A stretch of 64,000 nt of DNA from Erythrobacter sp. (GTDB lineage: Bacteria > Pseudomonadota > Alphaproteobacteria > Sphingomonadales > Sphingomonadaceae), in contig NZ_JAZBON010000022.1 in the NCBI RefSeq assembly GCF_036351135.1, positions 7,351 to 71,350 of the forward strand. The letters are read 5' to 3'. The notes below the pieces were generated by a model. It made no database searches. It was not told the DNA's origin and saw only the letters and a list, made by a program, of their open reading frames with translations. Shown here piece after piece: positions 26,271-37,548 of the stretch. Both the position numbers and the translations under genes were made by a program. How positions within the stretch are numbered: position 1 is the stretch's first letter; each line of letters opens with the position of its first letter.

Positions 26271-28061
26271 ATGTTTGCCGGCGTAGCGTCGACGCTCGGC
26301 ATTGCGGCAGGCGCGCTTGTTCCTGCGGCAGCGGCTCGCGCTCAGGATCAGGTTCCGCCACAACTTACCCCGCCGCCGCGCACTCAGCTGACCCCGCCCG
26401 AACAACGGCGCGACGAACGCCCCACCACGCTGACGATCGACGGCGATCTCGAGCGTACGCCCTGCGTGCTCGACCGGGCGGAATATGCCAATATTACGCT
26501 GACCTTAAGCGGGGTCGATTTCGCCGGGCTCGAACGCGTGCCGGGCCTTTCGCTGGACGAGGCGTATGACGGGTATCTCGGGCGCGAACTGCCGCTTGCC
26601 GTCATGTGCGACATTCGCGCGCAGGCAAACGCCATTCTGCGCTCTCAAGGCTATCTGGCGACGGTCGAGATACCGGAACAGAACCTGAGCGACGGCGTAG
26701 CGGATTTTCGCGTCGTTTTCGGCCGTCTTGCGGCGCTGCGCGTGCGCGGAGATGCCGGGCCTTCCGAGGCGCTGGTCGCCTCCTATCTGGAAAAACTGAC
26801 CGAGGCCGACGTCTTCAACACGCAGGATGCCGAACGCTACCTGCTGCTCGCCGACGATCTGCCCGGAACCGACGTGCGCCTTTCTCTGCGCCCGGCGGCG
26901 GACGGCGAGCCGGGTGATCTGCTGGGCGAAATCGCGGTGGTGCGCAGGCGCGGCCAGGTCGATTTCAACATTCAGAATTTCGGTTCGGAAACGCTCGGAC
27001 CCTTCGGCGGATTGTTGCGCGGTGAGCTGTTCGACCTCACCGGCCTGGGCGATCGCACCACGCTCGCAGTTTTCAGCACAGTCGAGTTTTCCGAACAGCA
27101 GACTTACCAGCTTGGCCACGATTTCGCGGTCGGCAGCGAGGGGCTACGCCTGGGCGGACAGGTGACCTATAGCGAGACCGACCCCGACCTCGATCTCGAT
27201 GGCTTCGACCTTAAGTCCGAGACGGTGCTCGCAACCGTGTTCGCATCCTACCCGCTCGAGCGTTCGCGCCGCACATCGACAGTTCTGAGCGGCGGGTTCG
27301 ATCTGGTCGATCAGAACGTCGAGTTGAACGACTTCACGCTTTCGCGCGACCGGGTGCGCACGCTGTACGCGCGGATCGACACCAACTGGACCGATTTTGC
27401 GAGCATTCGCAATATCGGCGGTTACAACGCTTTCGAGCCGCGCTGGCGCGCGCGTTTGGCGACCGAGTTGCGTCAGGGGATCGACGTGTTCTCCGCAAGC
27501 GAGGATTGTCGCGCAGATCCACTTGCCTGCACCGCGGATGGCGCCGCTCCGCCAAGCCGGATCGAGGGCGATCCGACGCCGCTGCTCGCGCGGTTCAGCG
27601 CCGGTTTCGAATATCGACCGACGCCGCTCTTTACCGTCGCGCTCGATGCGAGCGCGCAGATCGCCGCCGATCCGCTGCCGGCCTTCGAAGAATATGCAGG
27701 CGGCAGTTTCTCGATCGGCCGCGGTTACGATCCCGGTTCGGCGCTGGGCGACGATGGCGTCGGCGCCGCCTTCGAGCTGCGTTACGGCTCGCTCGCGCCC
27801 GCGGCGGTGGATGCCGTCGCGGTTCAACCTTACGCCTTCACCGATGTCGTCGTGACCTGGAATCAGGATCCCAGCCGTGTTGCCGCCAATCCCGACGAGC
27901 TTTGGTCCGTCGGTGGAGGAATGCGCGCGATCTGGGGCTCTAACCTCCAGGCCGACGCCTTCGTGGCGGTCCCGCTCGAAAGGCCGGACCTGGCCCTCGA
28001 GAAGCCCGACGTGCGCTTCATGTTCTCGATCACCGCTCGCCTCGTACCCTGGAGATATTGA
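26271..28061 (+). CDS. TpsB outer-membrane transporter (ShlB/FhaC/HecB family)
   Basis: The start at 26271 gives the signal peptide [25 protein letters not shown]. This is followed by a Pro-rich linker, a POTRA-like region ([16 protein letters not shown]...[32 protein letters not shown]) and then a beta-barrel ([25 protein letters not shown]...). C-terminal aromatic residues ...LVPWRY. Confidence 0.85.
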   Translation: MFAGVASTLGIAAGALVPAAAARAQDQVPPQLTPPPRTQLTPPEQRRDERPTTLTIDGDLERTPCVLDRAEYANITLTLSGVDFAGLERVPGLSLDEAYDGYLGRELPLAVMCDIRAQANAILRSQGYLATVEIPEQNLSDGVADFRVVFGRLAALRVRGDAGPSEALVASYLEKLTEADVFNTQDAERYLLLADDLPGTDVRLSLRPAADGEPGDLLGEIAVVRRRGQVDFNIQNFGSETLGPFGGLLRGELFDLTGLGDRTTLAVFSTVEFSEQQTYQLGHDFAVGSEGLRLGGQVTYSETDPDLDLDGFDLKSETVLATVFASYPLERSRRTSTVLSGGFDLVDQNVELNDFTLSRDRVRTLYARIDTNWTDFASIRNIGGYNAFEPRWRARLATELRQGIDVFSASEDCRADPLACTADGAAPPSRIEGDPTPLLARFSAGFEYRPTPLFTVALDASAQIAADPLPAFEEYAGGSFSIGRGYDPGSALGDDGVGAAFELRYGSLAPAAVDAVAVQPYAFTDVVVTWNQDPSRVAANPDELWSVGGGMRAIWGSNLQADAFVAVPLERPDLALEKPDVRFMFSITARLVPWRY

Positions 28062-28062
28062 T

Positions 28063-31000
28063 ATGGGTCGCTCTAACACCAATCGCTCGAAATTCCTGAT
28101 CGGCTGCGGCTCCGCCGCGCTGGCGATGGGATTGCTGATTGCGTCCGAGCGGGCACAGGCACAGGCGTTCAACGCCAATGCCGAAAATGGCGGATTGGGC
28201 ACCTATCAGCGGGTGATCGTCGATGGGACCAGCGAGATCATCGAGATCGAGACCCCGACCGCGGTGATCGACTGGACGCCGTTGGAGGATGCGGGCGGCA
28301 ACGCTCTCGATTTCCTTCCGACCGGCGCCACCGCAACGTTCCAGAACAGCAGCGACATCAACCCCGGCTCGAATTTCGCGGTGCTCAACCGCATCATGCC
28401 GTCATCCAATGGCGACATAGTCGTGATGGACGGGACGGTCATTTCGCAGATCGTCGACAGCGCCGGGGAGTCGAGCGGTCCTGGCGGCACGGTGGCGTTC
28501 TATTCGCCCACCGGTCTCATCATCGGCGACAATGCCGTGTTCGATGTCGGCAACCTGATCCTGACGACGCTCGACGTTTCCAACGCCAGTTTTGAGGCGT
28601 TCACCCAGAGCGGCGGTCAGCTGCAACTGGCGCGCGACAGCGATTTCCCTGGTGCTAACATCCGGCTCGATTTCGGCGCGCAAATCACCGCCACTGCCGA
28701 GAACTCCTACCTCGCGGTCACGGCTGCCGATATCCGGGTTTTCGGAACGACCGACGTCAACGGCAGTCAGGCGTTCGTCGCTGGCGACGAGATCAACCTG
28801 TCCTTTTCCAACGGACTGTTCGACATCCAAGTCGTCACCGGCACGGAAGCGACCAATGCTATCAGTCTGTCGGGCGACGTTGGCGGTCCGTCGAGCACGG
28901 GCGCGGGCGACAATCACATCATCTACGCCGTAGCGCGCGCCGCGGCCGATCCGATTTCGCTATTGTTTGGCGGCAATCTCGGCTTCGAACCGGCAGCCAG
29001 CGCCGGCATCGTCAACGGCGAGATCATCCTGTCGGCCAACTTCGACGTGGACGGAAGAACAGTTGCAGGAGCGTCGACCACGGAGGGTATCGACGCGGTG
29101 TTCGACAACCGGTTGGCGACCACCGATACGAACGGCGAGATTGCTATCGGCTCGCTGATCGCGACCAGTTCGTTGACCGCTGTTGCCAATGATCAAGTGT
29201 TCATCGAAGCGATCGAGAGCACGATTGATGTGACGGGCGACTTGATCTTGCACGGCACCACTTTCGCGGTCGCTTCCGCTTCTGACGGTGGCGACCTTGC
29301 CATCTCTGGAGACGTGCTGGTTTCCTCGCTCGACCTAGGCGAAGTGTCGGGCGGTTTTGACGGGATCGGCGAAGCCGCCGCGACCGGCGGTACTGCGGTC
29401 CTGAGCGGCAGTTTCGGCGGGATCGTCACGATCGACGGCGACGTTCGCGTGACGGCGGAAGCGATCGCGGGTCTCGATACCGAAAGCCAGGCAACCGGAT
29501 CGGCCACGGGCGGCAACGCCTCAATAAATGCGGGCGAAGGCGGCGAAGTGACCATCGACGGCTTTGCCGAGGTGCTGGCTTCGGCTGAGGCCTCTTCGTT
29601 TGCCGAAACGGTGCTGGAAGGCAACGAGTTTCGCGGTGGTGCGGCGCGAGTGAATATTGAATTCGACGGGGACGTGACCGTCGATGGTAATCTCACCGTG
29701 GCTGCGGATGCCTTCGGTGCGGATGGCGACGACTTCAACCCTTCGACCGGATCGCCCGCTTTCGGTGGCACCGCATTTGTCACGATGGATAGCGCGCCTG
29801 ATTCTCTCAATGTCGGGGGCGATGTTCTAGTGGCCGCTGATGCCATTGCCGGAAGCTCGAACGAGGCAGATCAGGGCGCGTTAGCAGATGCGGGCAACGC
29901 GCAGATATTCACTCGCCGCAACGACACCATCGATATCACCGGCAATGTCAGTCTGTCCGCGAGGGCCGAGGGCGGTTCTAATGCGAACGGTTTGGGCGGC
30001 GATGCCCTGGGCGGGATCGCCGGCATGTTAATTAATGAGGGTGGCAATGCGACCATCGGCGGCGACTTCGCGGCCGACGGATCGGCCAGGGCCGGCGATG
30101 GTGGAGCCGGGGGCGGCGACGCGTTCGCCGGGATTGCCGGAGCGCGGGTTACGATCGGTTCGATCGACATTGCCGGTTCGGGCAATGCCAATGCGAGCGG
30201 CGCTGGCGGAAATGCCGGTTTGGGTACCGATGGCGGGCGCGGCGAGGGCGGCAATGCTTTTTTCCAGGCCGATGGAACGGCGATGGAGACCGCATCGCTC
30301 GCGATCGGCAGCGACGCCATCCTCAACGCCGATGGCATTGGCGGCGCCGGCGGCTTCGGCAGCGGCGCGGGCGGTGACGGGGTGGGCGGCCAGTTCGACA
30401 CGCCCAACCAGGCGGATGTCGAAACCACGCCCAATAGCGGCGCCTACCTGCTAGCCGGCGGCGACAACGGTTCGATAAGCGTTGGCGGCGCAACCTCTTT
30501 AAGCGCCATCGGCTTCGGCGGCGCCGGCGGGGGATCGATATCCTTCGACACCGGCGGTGCCGGCGGGTCGGGCACAGGTGGGGCGGCACAGGCGGGGCTT
30601 GCCTTCCTCGATGGCGACGGTTCGGTGGGTGCCGGCACGGCGTCATTCGGAAACGTTAATGTCGATTCGCAAGGCGTTGGGGGGATCGGTGGCGATGGGG
30701 AAGAAGGCGACGGCGTCGGCGGCGATGGGACTGGCGGTTTGGCCATCTTCTCTGGCACCGCCGGCACAATAACCGCCGCCGACGTTACTTTGTTCGGCAC
30801 TGCCGTGGGCGGCGACGGCGGTACGGGCGGAACTGCCGATGGCGGCGGCGCGGGCATTCTCGGTTCGGCGCAGGGCTCGGTCACGATCGACAGTCTTTCA
30901 GCGCAGGCGATCGCGCGCGGCGGCAACGCTAGCGATGGCGGCGCTGATGCAAATGGCGGCGTTGCTTTCGGCGGGGAAGCGGTTCTCGATGGGAGCGAGA

Positions 31001-34000
31001 TCGATATCGTCATTCTCGGCGATGCGAGTTTGCTCACGGACACGTTTGGCGGCTCGGCCATAAGTGGGGACGGCGGTGATGCGGTCGGCGGCCAATCCTC
31101 CACTATTATCCAGGACCGCGAGGCAGCGTTCGGTTCGATCGACATCGGGGGCGATGTATTTCTTCAAACTTCGGGTTTCGGCGGCTCGACCGTCAACGGC
31201 CTCACCGGCGGTTCGGGTTTTGGCGGACGGGGGCGTGTCCTTGTCGACAACAGTACCTTGTTTGCGGATCGGATATTCATGTCTGCTCGGGGAACGGGCG
31301 GTACCGGAGCACAAAGTGGCGGCGCTGGGAATGCTGGCGAACTGATAGTCAATGTGGCGCTCGGCACTGTCGATGTAACGGCACTTTCGATGAGCGCTAT
31401 CGGTACTGGCGGCGATGCTTCCGAAGCGGGCGGAACTGGCGGCGTCGGCCGTGGAGGTCTTGCACAAGTTTTCGTCGGGGGATCTGAAACGGAAAGTGCC
31501 AGCCTTCTCGTCGATACTGACCTGCTCCTCCGAGCAGGCGGCTCGGGCGGCAACGGCGGACCGGGCGGCGCGGGCGGCGATGGTTTTGGCGGTCGACCAG
31601 ATGTCGAAGAAGAGGGCGGCGCGTTCATCCTTGTCGGCCGCGACAATGCTTCGCTCATTGTAGGCGGGGATATCAGCGCCAACTTCGGGGGCTTCGGGGG
31701 CGCGGGAGGCGATGGCCTCGCCTCGGGCGGGAGTGGCGGCGATGGCGGTAACGCTACGGGTGGCGAGGGCCTGCTCTCGATCCAAGCCCTAGGGTTCGGC
31801 GGAGCTTCGATCGACAACGGTTCGATAAGCGCAGCAAACATATTCATCTTCGATAATCCCATCGGCGGCGATGGCGGGGCGGCCGGGAGAAGCACTGATG
31901 TTCAGGGCAATGGCGGTAATGCGGCCTCGGGTTCGGCTATGATAAGTCTCGATGGCGGATCGCTCACCGCGACCGGGCGCATCACCGCCCAAACGAACCC
32001 TGACGGTGGCGATGGCGAGGTGGGTGGATCGGCGATAGCGGGCGACGCGAGCTTCTCCGCCGTCAATGCCGATGTTCAGAGTGACACGCTCGAGATACTA
32101 GCCTTTGCCTTCGCGCGTTTCGGAACCGTTGCTGTCGGAGATACCGATGGGGGTTCGGCCAGTCTGTTCGTGGATGGCGGCAACATCGATGTGAATTCTG
32201 TTTTCTTGAATGCGAATGCTGACTCAGGTGCAGATCTCTCGACTGCTGCTGGAGGGATCGCCGATGCGGGTCGTGCGAATTTCGATATTTTCGGCGATGC
32301 AATCGCTGATATCGGCACCGCTTTCATTTTGGCTAACGGCTTTTCTTCTGACGGGGGAAGCGCCTCGGGCGGGGTGGTGAATGTCAATATCGGTGATGTC
32401 GAATTCACGGGCGCGCCTCAAGTAAACGTCGGCACCCTGGTTGTGAGCGCCGAAGCGACCGGTGGCTTTGACAGCGGCCCGGCAAACAGCGTCGGCCGTT
32501 TCACAATCGATATCGACGACGGCGAACTCGCCGTTACCAATTTCACTGGTACAGCGCTCGGTAGCGACGATTTCGGTGAGCGTGGTTCCTCGAATATCTC
32601 GGCGACCGGCGGCGATTTCCTCGTCAGCGGGACTTTCGACGTCGATGTTCGCAACAGTTTCCAGATCGAAACCGCCAACGGCAACATCATCGGCGGTCCT
32701 TCGCTGTCAGCACCCACCGCGCAGATCACGATCGATTCAGGTAGAACGATCGTCATAGACGGCGATAACGATGCGGCGATCGGCTTCGGCGGGGCGTCGC
32801 TCTCGCTTACTTCCGAGGATATCGCGATCAACTTTGGCGCGCGTATCGGCGCGCCGGTCATGAATTTCGCTTCGATCGCGAACGATGGCCTTCCCACCAT
32901 CCTCGGCGGCGATCCTTCTCTCGTCGAAGGCGAATATGCGCTGACACAGGACGAGATCGCACGGCTCGAGGTCGGTCGGTTCAACTTCTTCGCGCCGACG
33001 ATTACCGAAGCAGGCGCCGACGAGGCCGACCTTCTCATTCGCGATGCGACGATCGTGGGATCGGGCGACGATGGTGCGTTCAGCGTCAACATCTTCGGTT
33101 CGGGCGGTATCGCCCGGGTCGAAGGGCAGGTCGACTACATCGACGCTCTGAGCACAGACAGCCTGTCTTTCTCGAATTTCGAGCGAATCGAAGTGGTAAC
33201 GCCGGGACGCGTTACGATCACCGACAGCGATATTCTGCCATCCGGTTCGCTTACCCTTGAGGCGGACAATGTTTGGGTCGCCGATGCGAGCTTGATCGCA
33301 CAGCTTCGGGCCGATCCTGATTTTGCCGGACGGAACGAGGCTCTCGCCACGGCTGGCGGGGGCGGTCCCGGTTCTGTCGTCGCAGATGAGGTTACGATAC
33401 GGATCGCAGATCAACTTCTTGTAGCCAATGAGGGCGAAGTCGGAGAAACTCGCGGAATTCTTGTCGGATCCGGCGGCTTGTCGATCTCCGGCCCCGAAGA
33501 CAGCTTTTCCCCCTCGACGTTGGATGTCTTCGCCTATGGCGCGCGGCTCGATGGGTCGGGTGAGTTCGTCGATGGCGAAACGTTCTTCAACGAAGTTGAA
33601 TTCTTCGGCGGCGGGTCCGAGCCGGCCAGCTATACGGACGAGTCTTCGTTCAACGATTGCCTCATCAGTTCAAGCGATTGCGGCACCATAATCAACCCAA
33701 CACCCACGCCAACGCCAACGCCAACGCCAACGCCAACGCCAACGCCAACGCCGACGCCCACACCGGCGCCGACGCCTACGCCTGCGCCCACTCCGACACC
33801 TACGCCTGCGCCCACTCCAACGCCGACGCCAACGCCGACGCCGACGCCGACGCCTACGCCTACGCCTACGCCCACACCGACACCGACACCGACGCCTACG
33901 CCGACACCTACACCAACGCCCACACCGACCCCGACGCCTACACCGACACCGACACCGACGCCTACGCCTACGCCCACGCCCACTCCGACGCCAACACCGA

Positions 34001-34350
34001 CGCCTACGCCTACACCGACGCCGACGCCGACGCCGGCACCGCCTCCGATCTCGGGGCCACCGCCACCACCGCCGCCGCCCGAGCTGCCGCCGGAAGTGCA
34101 GGTTGTGTTCGAGCAGATTACCAATGAAGAGGTCGTCGAAGCCGCTGTTTCGTCGGCGGTTCCGGTTCCGATCAGCGGGGAGGAGAGCAACGAGGAATTC
34201 GGCCTCGACTTCCCTGCTTTCGTCGAAAGCGATGAGATCGACGAGGAAACGGATGTCGGCGATGCCGTCGCCTCGGGCGGCGATTCCTCTCTCTACCGAC
34301 CGCAGACCGGCACCGTCGAAGTCGGAGAGGAGGCATCCGATGACCAGTGA
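28063..34350 (+). CDS. TpsA-type giant exoprotein (filamentous-haemagglutinin-type TPS domain, Gly-rich beta-helix-like repeats, Thr-Pro linker, acidic tail)
   Basis: The track ORF begins at 27877 inside tpsB. The ATG at 28063, 1 nt after the tpsB stop, gives [36 protein letters not shown]. The TPS-domain pattern is [16 protein letters not shown]...ATFQNSS...[24 protein letters not shown]...[28 protein letters not shown]. 2095 aa in total. Confidence 0.85.
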   Translation: MGRSNTNRSKFLIGCGSAALAMGLLIASERAQAQAFNANAENGGLGTYQRVIVDGTSEIIEIETPTAVIDWTPLEDAGGNALDFLPTGATATFQNSSDINPGSNFAVLNRIMPSSNGDIVVMDGTVISQIVDSAGESSGPGGTVAFYSPTGLIIGDNAVFDVGNLILTTLDVSNASFEAFTQSGGQLQLARDSDFPGANIRLDFGAQITATAENSYLAVTAADIRVFGTTDVNGSQAFVAGDEINLSFSNGLFDIQVVTGTEATNAISLSGDVGGPSSTGAGDNHIIYAVARAAADPISLLFGGNLGFEPAASAGIVNGEIILSANFDVDGRTVAGASTTEGIDAVFDNRLATTDTNGEIAIGSLIATSSLTAVANDQVFIEAIESTIDVTGDLILHGTTFAVASASDGGDLAISGDVLVSSLDLGEVSGGFDGIGEAAATGGTAVLSGSFGGIVTIDGDVRVTAEAIAGLDTESQATGSATGGNASINAGEGGEVTIDGFAEVLASAEASSFAETVLEGNEFRGGAARVNIEFDGDVTVDGNLTVAADAFGADGDDFNPSTGSPAFGGTAFVTMDSAPDSLNVGGDVLVAADAIAGSSNEADQGALADAGNAQIFTRRNDTIDITGNVSLSARAEGGSNANGLGGDALGGIAGMLINEGGNATIGGDFAADGSARAGDGGAGGGDAFAGIAGARVTIGSIDIAGSGNANASGAGGNAGLGTDGGRGEGGNAFFQADGTAMETASLAIGSDAILNADGIGGAGGFGSGAGGDGVGGQFDTPNQADVETTPNSGAYLLAGGDNGSISVGGATSLSAIGFGGAGGGSISFDTGGAGGSGTGGAAQAGLAFLDGDGSVGAGTASFGNVNVDSQGVGGIGGDGEEGDGVGGDGTGGLAIFSGTAGTITAADVTLFGTAVGGDGGTGGTADGGGAGILGSAQGSVTIDSLSAQAIARGGNASDGGADANGGVAFGGEAVLDGSEIDIVILGDASLLTDTFGGSAISGDGGDAVGGQSSTIIQDREAAFGSIDIGGDVFLQTSGFGGSTVNGLTGGSGFGGRGRVLVDNSTLFADRIFMSARGTGGTGAQSGGAGNAGELIVNVALGTVDVTALSMSAIGTGGDASEAGGTGGVGRGGLAQVFVGGSETESASLLVDTDLLLRAGGSGGNGGPGGAGGDGFGGRPDVEEEGGAFILVGRDNASLIVGGDISANFGGFGGAGGDGLASGGSGGDGGNATGGEGLLSIQALGFGGASIDNGSISAANIFIFDNPIGGDGGAAGRSTDVQGNGGNAASGSAMISLDGGSLTATGRITAQTNPDGGDGEVGGSAIAGDASFSAVNADVQSDTLEILAFAFARFGTVAVGDTDGGSASLFVDGGNIDVNSVFLNANADSGADLSTAAGGIADAGRANFDIFGDAIADIGTAFILANGFSSDGGSASGGVVNVNIGDVEFTGAPQVNVGTLVVSAEATGGFDSGPANSVGRFTIDIDDGELAVTNFTGTALGSDDFGERGSSNISATGGDFLVSGTFDVDVRNSFQIETANGNIIGGPSLSAPTAQITIDSGRTIVIDGDNDAAIGFGGASLSLTSEDIAINFGARIGAPVMNFASIANDGLPTILGGDPSLVEGEYALTQDEIARLEVGRFNFFAPTITEAGADEADLLIRDATIVGSGDDGAFSVNIFGSGGIARVEGQVDYIDALSTDSLSFSNFERIEVVTPGRVTITDSDILPSGSLTLEADNVWVADASLIAQLRADPDFAGRNEALATAGGGGPGSVVADEVTIRIADQLLVANEGEVGETRGILVGSGGLSISGPEDSFSPSTLDVFAYGARLDGSGEFVDGETFFNEVEFFGGGSEPASYTDESSFNDCLISSSDCGTIINPTPTPTPTPTPTPTPTPTPTPTPAPTPTPAPTPTPTPAPTPTPTPTPTPTPTPTPTPTPTPTPTPTPTPTPTPTPTPTPTPTPTPTPTPTPTPTPTPTPTPTPTPTPTPTPTPAPPPISGPPPPPPPPELPPEVQVVFEQITNEEVVEAAVSSAVPVPISGEESNEEFGLDFPAFVESDEIDEETDVGDAVASGGDSSLYRPQTGTVEVGEEASDDQ
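33697..34047 (+). repeat. Coding (Thr/Ala-Pro)n dipeptide repeat, about 57 units, followed by a poly-Pro stretch (to 34095)
   Basis: Reading frame CCN-ACN/GCN repeated from 33697 (cca aca ccc acg cca acg ...) to 34047. The codons are a mixture of cca/ccg/cct/ccc and acg/aca/act/acc. The longest perfect hexamer run is (ccaacg)x6 near 33709-33744. Confidence 0.95.
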
Positions 34351-37300
34351 AGTCGTGAGGAGGCTGTTTGCCCTATGCACCGCGGCGGCGGTCGGGCTCA
34401 CTGCGATGTGGTCCGCCCCCGGCCCGGCGCAGTCCGCGAAGCAGCAGTCGATCAGCCTGCGCGATACCTTCCCGATTGGCTCCAACGGCCTTTGCGAAGC
34501 GCAGATCCAGGCGCCCGAAGAAGGCGCGGGCCTGTTCGATCGGCGCTACGACATCCTGTGCCGCGACGCGGCAGCGGCGATCGGAACGATGTGGATCGTA
34601 CGCGGCCGGATGGCCGACAGCGCCGCAGAACGCTTCGTCGGAACCGGCGCCTCGTGCACCGAACGCGAGGACGCGGAGATGCCGCCGGGGCTGGCGGACG
34701 GCAAGCGTCTGATTTGCGCACGGCCGGGCAGCGTCATCCGCACCGAATTGCTGGTCGGCGAACGCGGCAACCGGACGTTCGCCGCCACCGGCCTGTCGGC
34801 CTATTCGCGCGCGCTCGAGCTGGGCGTCGCCTCGCTTGCGACCGACCGGGTGGTTCCCGGCGAGGTCGACATTCCGCTTACGCAGACCACCGATTCCCTC
34901 GCCTTCGTTCGTCAGCAGGCGACCTCGATTACCGCAGACCAGTCCCTTGCCGAGGCCTACCGCCGCTCCAATGCGGGCGAATTCGCAGAGGCGGCGGAAT
35001 TCTTCGCTGCCAGCGCCGATGCTCTCGATGGTGCAAGCGAGACCGAAGCGCGCCTCAACGAGGGGCTGCTGCAATCCAATCTTGGCAACTACGCCGAGGC
35101 GCGTCGCCGGTTCGACGCGGCCCGCGCGACATCTTCGGCAAGCCCGGTGCTGGCACGCCTACAGCGCAATTACGAGGCGATCGACGCGCTCAATCAGTCC
35201 GAGCCGGAGCGCGCGCTCGCCTTGCTCGCCCAGCCGCTTGCCGCGGATTTCGGGGAGACTTCCGCGATCCGCAACCTGCAGATCGGCTCGGCGCTTGCTC
35301 GGCGGCTCGCCGCGGAAAGCGAGAGCGCGACCGATCCGGCGTTGTCGCAAGCGCTCACGCCGCTCGAACGTGCGCAATTGCTCGATGGGCAGGCTGACTA
35401 CCTGGGTGCCACGGCGCTAAGGCTGAGTGGGCGCAACCAAGAGGCCGCCGAGCGACTGATGCGCGCCAATACGACGCTTGCCGAAGTGCGCGGCGGACGG
35501 GTTGTCTCGATCCTTTGGCTGCGCGCCCAGGTCCTGAGCGAACTTGCCGAACTCTCCGAATTGTCGGGCGATCTCGCGCGGGCCGAAGCCTTGCACGGCC
35601 AGGGCATCGCGTTGCTGGCCGACGCCTATCCCGATTCGCCCGCCTTCTACAGCGCCAATGCGCAACTTGCGGGCTTTTTCGCGCGCAACAATCGGAGGGG
35701 TGAAGCACTCGATCTCTACCGCGATATCGTTGCGCGGGCGGAAGGACGACCGGCGACAGTCCTACGCACCTACCTCGCCGATTATTTCGACCTTCTCCTG
35801 GGCGACGCAGCGAGCGCCGATGCGGCGGGCGATCTGTTCGCGGCGAGCCAATTGCTGCTTCGCCCGGGCCTTGCCCAAACGCAGGCCGTGCTCGCGCGTG
35901 AGCTTTCGGGTGGCAGCGACGAGGCGTCCCTGCTGTTCCGGCGCAGCGTCAATCTGGGCCGCGCGGTTGAACGCATGCGTGCCTCGATCGTCGAGGTCGA
36001 AGGGCAGGCGGACGTCAATCCGCAGGCCGCCGCGGCGCTCATCGAACGCCGCGAGAGGCTCGATGCGCTTGTCGAGCGACAGGCCGAGGTGCTGCAGAAG
36101 CTTGCGGAATATCCGCGTTTCCGCGCGGTCTCCGGCGGCGCGTTGAGCCTGGAAGGGATGCAGGCCATTCTCGGCGGCGATGAAGCCTATGTGAAGATGG
36201 TCGCGCTCGATGGCGATGTTTACATGGTCTACATCACGCCAAACGATGCGTTGGCCTACCGTGTGGATGCGACGCCAGAACAGCTCGAAGGCATCGTTCA
36301 GACCCTGCGCGAAAGCATCGCCATCGCCGATGGTGGGCAAGTCACCACCTTCCCGTTCGATCTGGCGACCTCGCGTGAGCTTTATGTGCGGCTGTTCGAA
36401 CCAATCGCCGACCGCTTGCCGACCCATCGCCATATCATCTTCGAACCCGACGGCGCTATGCTCAAGCTGCCGATTAATCTGCTGGTGACGAACGATGAGA
36501 GCGTCGAGCGATACGAGCAGCGCATCGCGCAGCCCGAGGCGGACGAATACGATTTCCGTGGTGTCGCGTGGCTCGGCCGCGCCTCGCAAATCAGCACGGC
36601 AGTCGCGCCAACGGCGTTCCGCGACGTGCGCGCCGCACCGCCGAGCGACGCGATCAAGGCCTATCTTGGCCTCGGAGAAAACACGCCGATCGGCGACGGA
36701 CCCGTTGGCACCGCGCGGACACGTTCGGCGCTCGCAGGGGGCGAGAACTGCATCTGGTCACCGGCGATCTGGTCGAACCCGATCCAAGCGGATGAGCTTT
36801 ACGACGCCGCATCCCGTTTCGGCGGAGCAGGGTCGGACCGTGCGGACGTATTGACGCAAGACGCCTTCACCGACGCGCGGATCGAGGAACTCGGCAATCT
36901 GAGCGAATATCGCATCCTCCATTTCGCGACGCACGGTCTCGTCACCGCGCCTGAACCCGAATGTCCGCCGCGCCCGGCGCTGCTGACCTCGTTCGGCGAC
37001 GGGGATTCGGACGGCCTTTTGAGCTTTTCCGAGATTTTCGGTCTGCGGCTCGATGCCGACCTCGTCATCCTTTCGGCCTGCGATACCGCCGGGAGCGCAA
37101 CGGTAGGCGCGACGCTGGAGGCCGGCATTACCTCGGGAGGCGACTTTGCGCTCGACGGGCTGGTGCGCGCCTTTGTCGGCGCCGGGGGACGCACGGTGCT
37201 GGCGAGCCATTGGCCGGTCCCCGACGATTTCGATGCCACCAAGCGACTGATCGGCGGACTCTTCGACGAGGGCGACAGCGAAACTGCTGCCGCGTTGCAG

Positions 37301-37402
37301 CGCTCGCAACTGGCGCTGATGGACGATGCGGAAACTTCGCATCCTTTCTATTGGTCGGCATTTGCGATCGTGGGTGACGGTTCGGTAAAGGTCACGCGCT
37401 AG
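34340..37402 (+). CDS. Exported TPR-CHAT domain protein (caspase-like Cys protease fold)
   Basis: The start at 34340 (GGAGAGGAGG RBS) overlaps the tpsA stop by 11 nt. Signal peptide [32 protein letters not shown], in which RRLFA is weakly Tat-like. The central part is helical and TPR-like. The C-terminal CHAT domain has its His (ILHFATHG, about 36920-36937) and Cys ([11 protein letters not shown], Cys codon 37079-37081) intact. Confidence 0.85.
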   Translation: MTSEVVRRLFALCTAAAVGLTAMWSAPGPAQSAKQQSISLRDTFPIGSNGLCEAQIQAPEEGAGLFDRRYDILCRDAAAAIGTMWIVRGRMADSAAERFVGTGASCTEREDAEMPPGLADGKRLICARPGSVIRTELLVGERGNRTFAATGLSAYSRALELGVASLATDRVVPGEVDIPLTQTTDSLAFVRQQATSITADQSLAEAYRRSNAGEFAEAAEFFAASADALDGASETEARLNEGLLQSNLGNYAEARRRFDAARATSSASPVLARLQRNYEAIDALNQSEPERALALLAQPLAADFGETSAIRNLQIGSALARRLAAESESATDPALSQALTPLERAQLLDGQADYLGATALRLSGRNQEAAERLMRANTTLAEVRGGRVVSILWLRAQVLSELAELSELSGDLARAEALHGQGIALLADAYPDSPAFYSANAQLAGFFARNNRRGEALDLYRDIVARAEGRPATVLRTYLADYFDLLLGDAASADAAGDLFAASQLLLRPGLAQTQAVLARELSGGSDEASLLFRRSVNLGRAVERMRASIVEVEGQADVNPQAAAALIERRERLDALVERQAEVLQKLAEYPRFRAVSGGALSLEGMQAILGGDEAYVKMVALDGDVYMVYITPNDALAYRVDATPEQLEGIVQTLRESIAIADGGQVTTFPFDLATSRELYVRLFEPIADRLPTHRHIIFEPDGAMLKLPINLLVTNDESVERYEQRIAQPEADEYDFRGVAWLGRASQISTAVAPTAFRDVRAAPPSDAIKAYLGLGENTPIGDGPVGTARTRSALAGGENCIWSPAIWSNPIQADELYDAASRFGGAGSDRADVLTQDAFTDARIEELGNLSEYRILHFATHGLVTAPEPECPPRPALLTSFGDGDSDGLLSFSEIFGLRLDADLVILSACDTAGSATVGATLEAGITSGGDFALDGLVRAFVGAGGRTVLASHWPVPDDFDATKRLIGGLFDEGDSETAAALQRSQLALMDDAETSHPFYWSAFAIVGDGSVKVTR

Positions 37403-37548
37403 GGTACAGGCGCTCGCGCGTGAAAGGCGTTCGCGTTGTTGCGAGGGGGACAGGTCACTAGCCCGCCCTTGCGCTGGAACGGCGGGTTGGCTTTGGCTTG
37501 AGCGGTGGAGCTTAGCTCGGATGCCAAGCCGATGAGGGGGGATACAAA

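Noticed and set aside
27877-28062. N-terminal 62-codon extension of the tpsA ORF as given in the track.
   Set aside because: It lies inside the 3' end of tpsB in another frame. The ATG at 28063 yields a proper signal peptide directly after the tpsB stop.
33697-34047. The repeat tract as a CRISPR array or a non-coding microsatellite.
   Set aside because: The period is 6 nt with no spacers. It is entirely in frame within a 2095-aa ORF, and its variation is confined to synonymous positions.
28063-34350. TpsA as a contact-dependent inhibition (CdiA-type) toxin.
   Set aside because: There is no VENN-like demarcation and no recognisable C-terminal toxin domain; the C-terminus is low-complexity TP/poly-Pro/acidic. 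No small immunity ORF follows; the downstream gene is a 1020-aa CHAT protein.
33630-34485. Minus-strand ORFs reading (GV)n (33630-34190) and an Arg/Trp/Cys-rich ORF (33670-34485), plus a plus-strand alternative frame reading (NA/DA/HT)n (33657-34127).
   Set aside because: They are merely the other frames of the Thr-Pro coding repeat within tpsA. They have no start context and no independent support.
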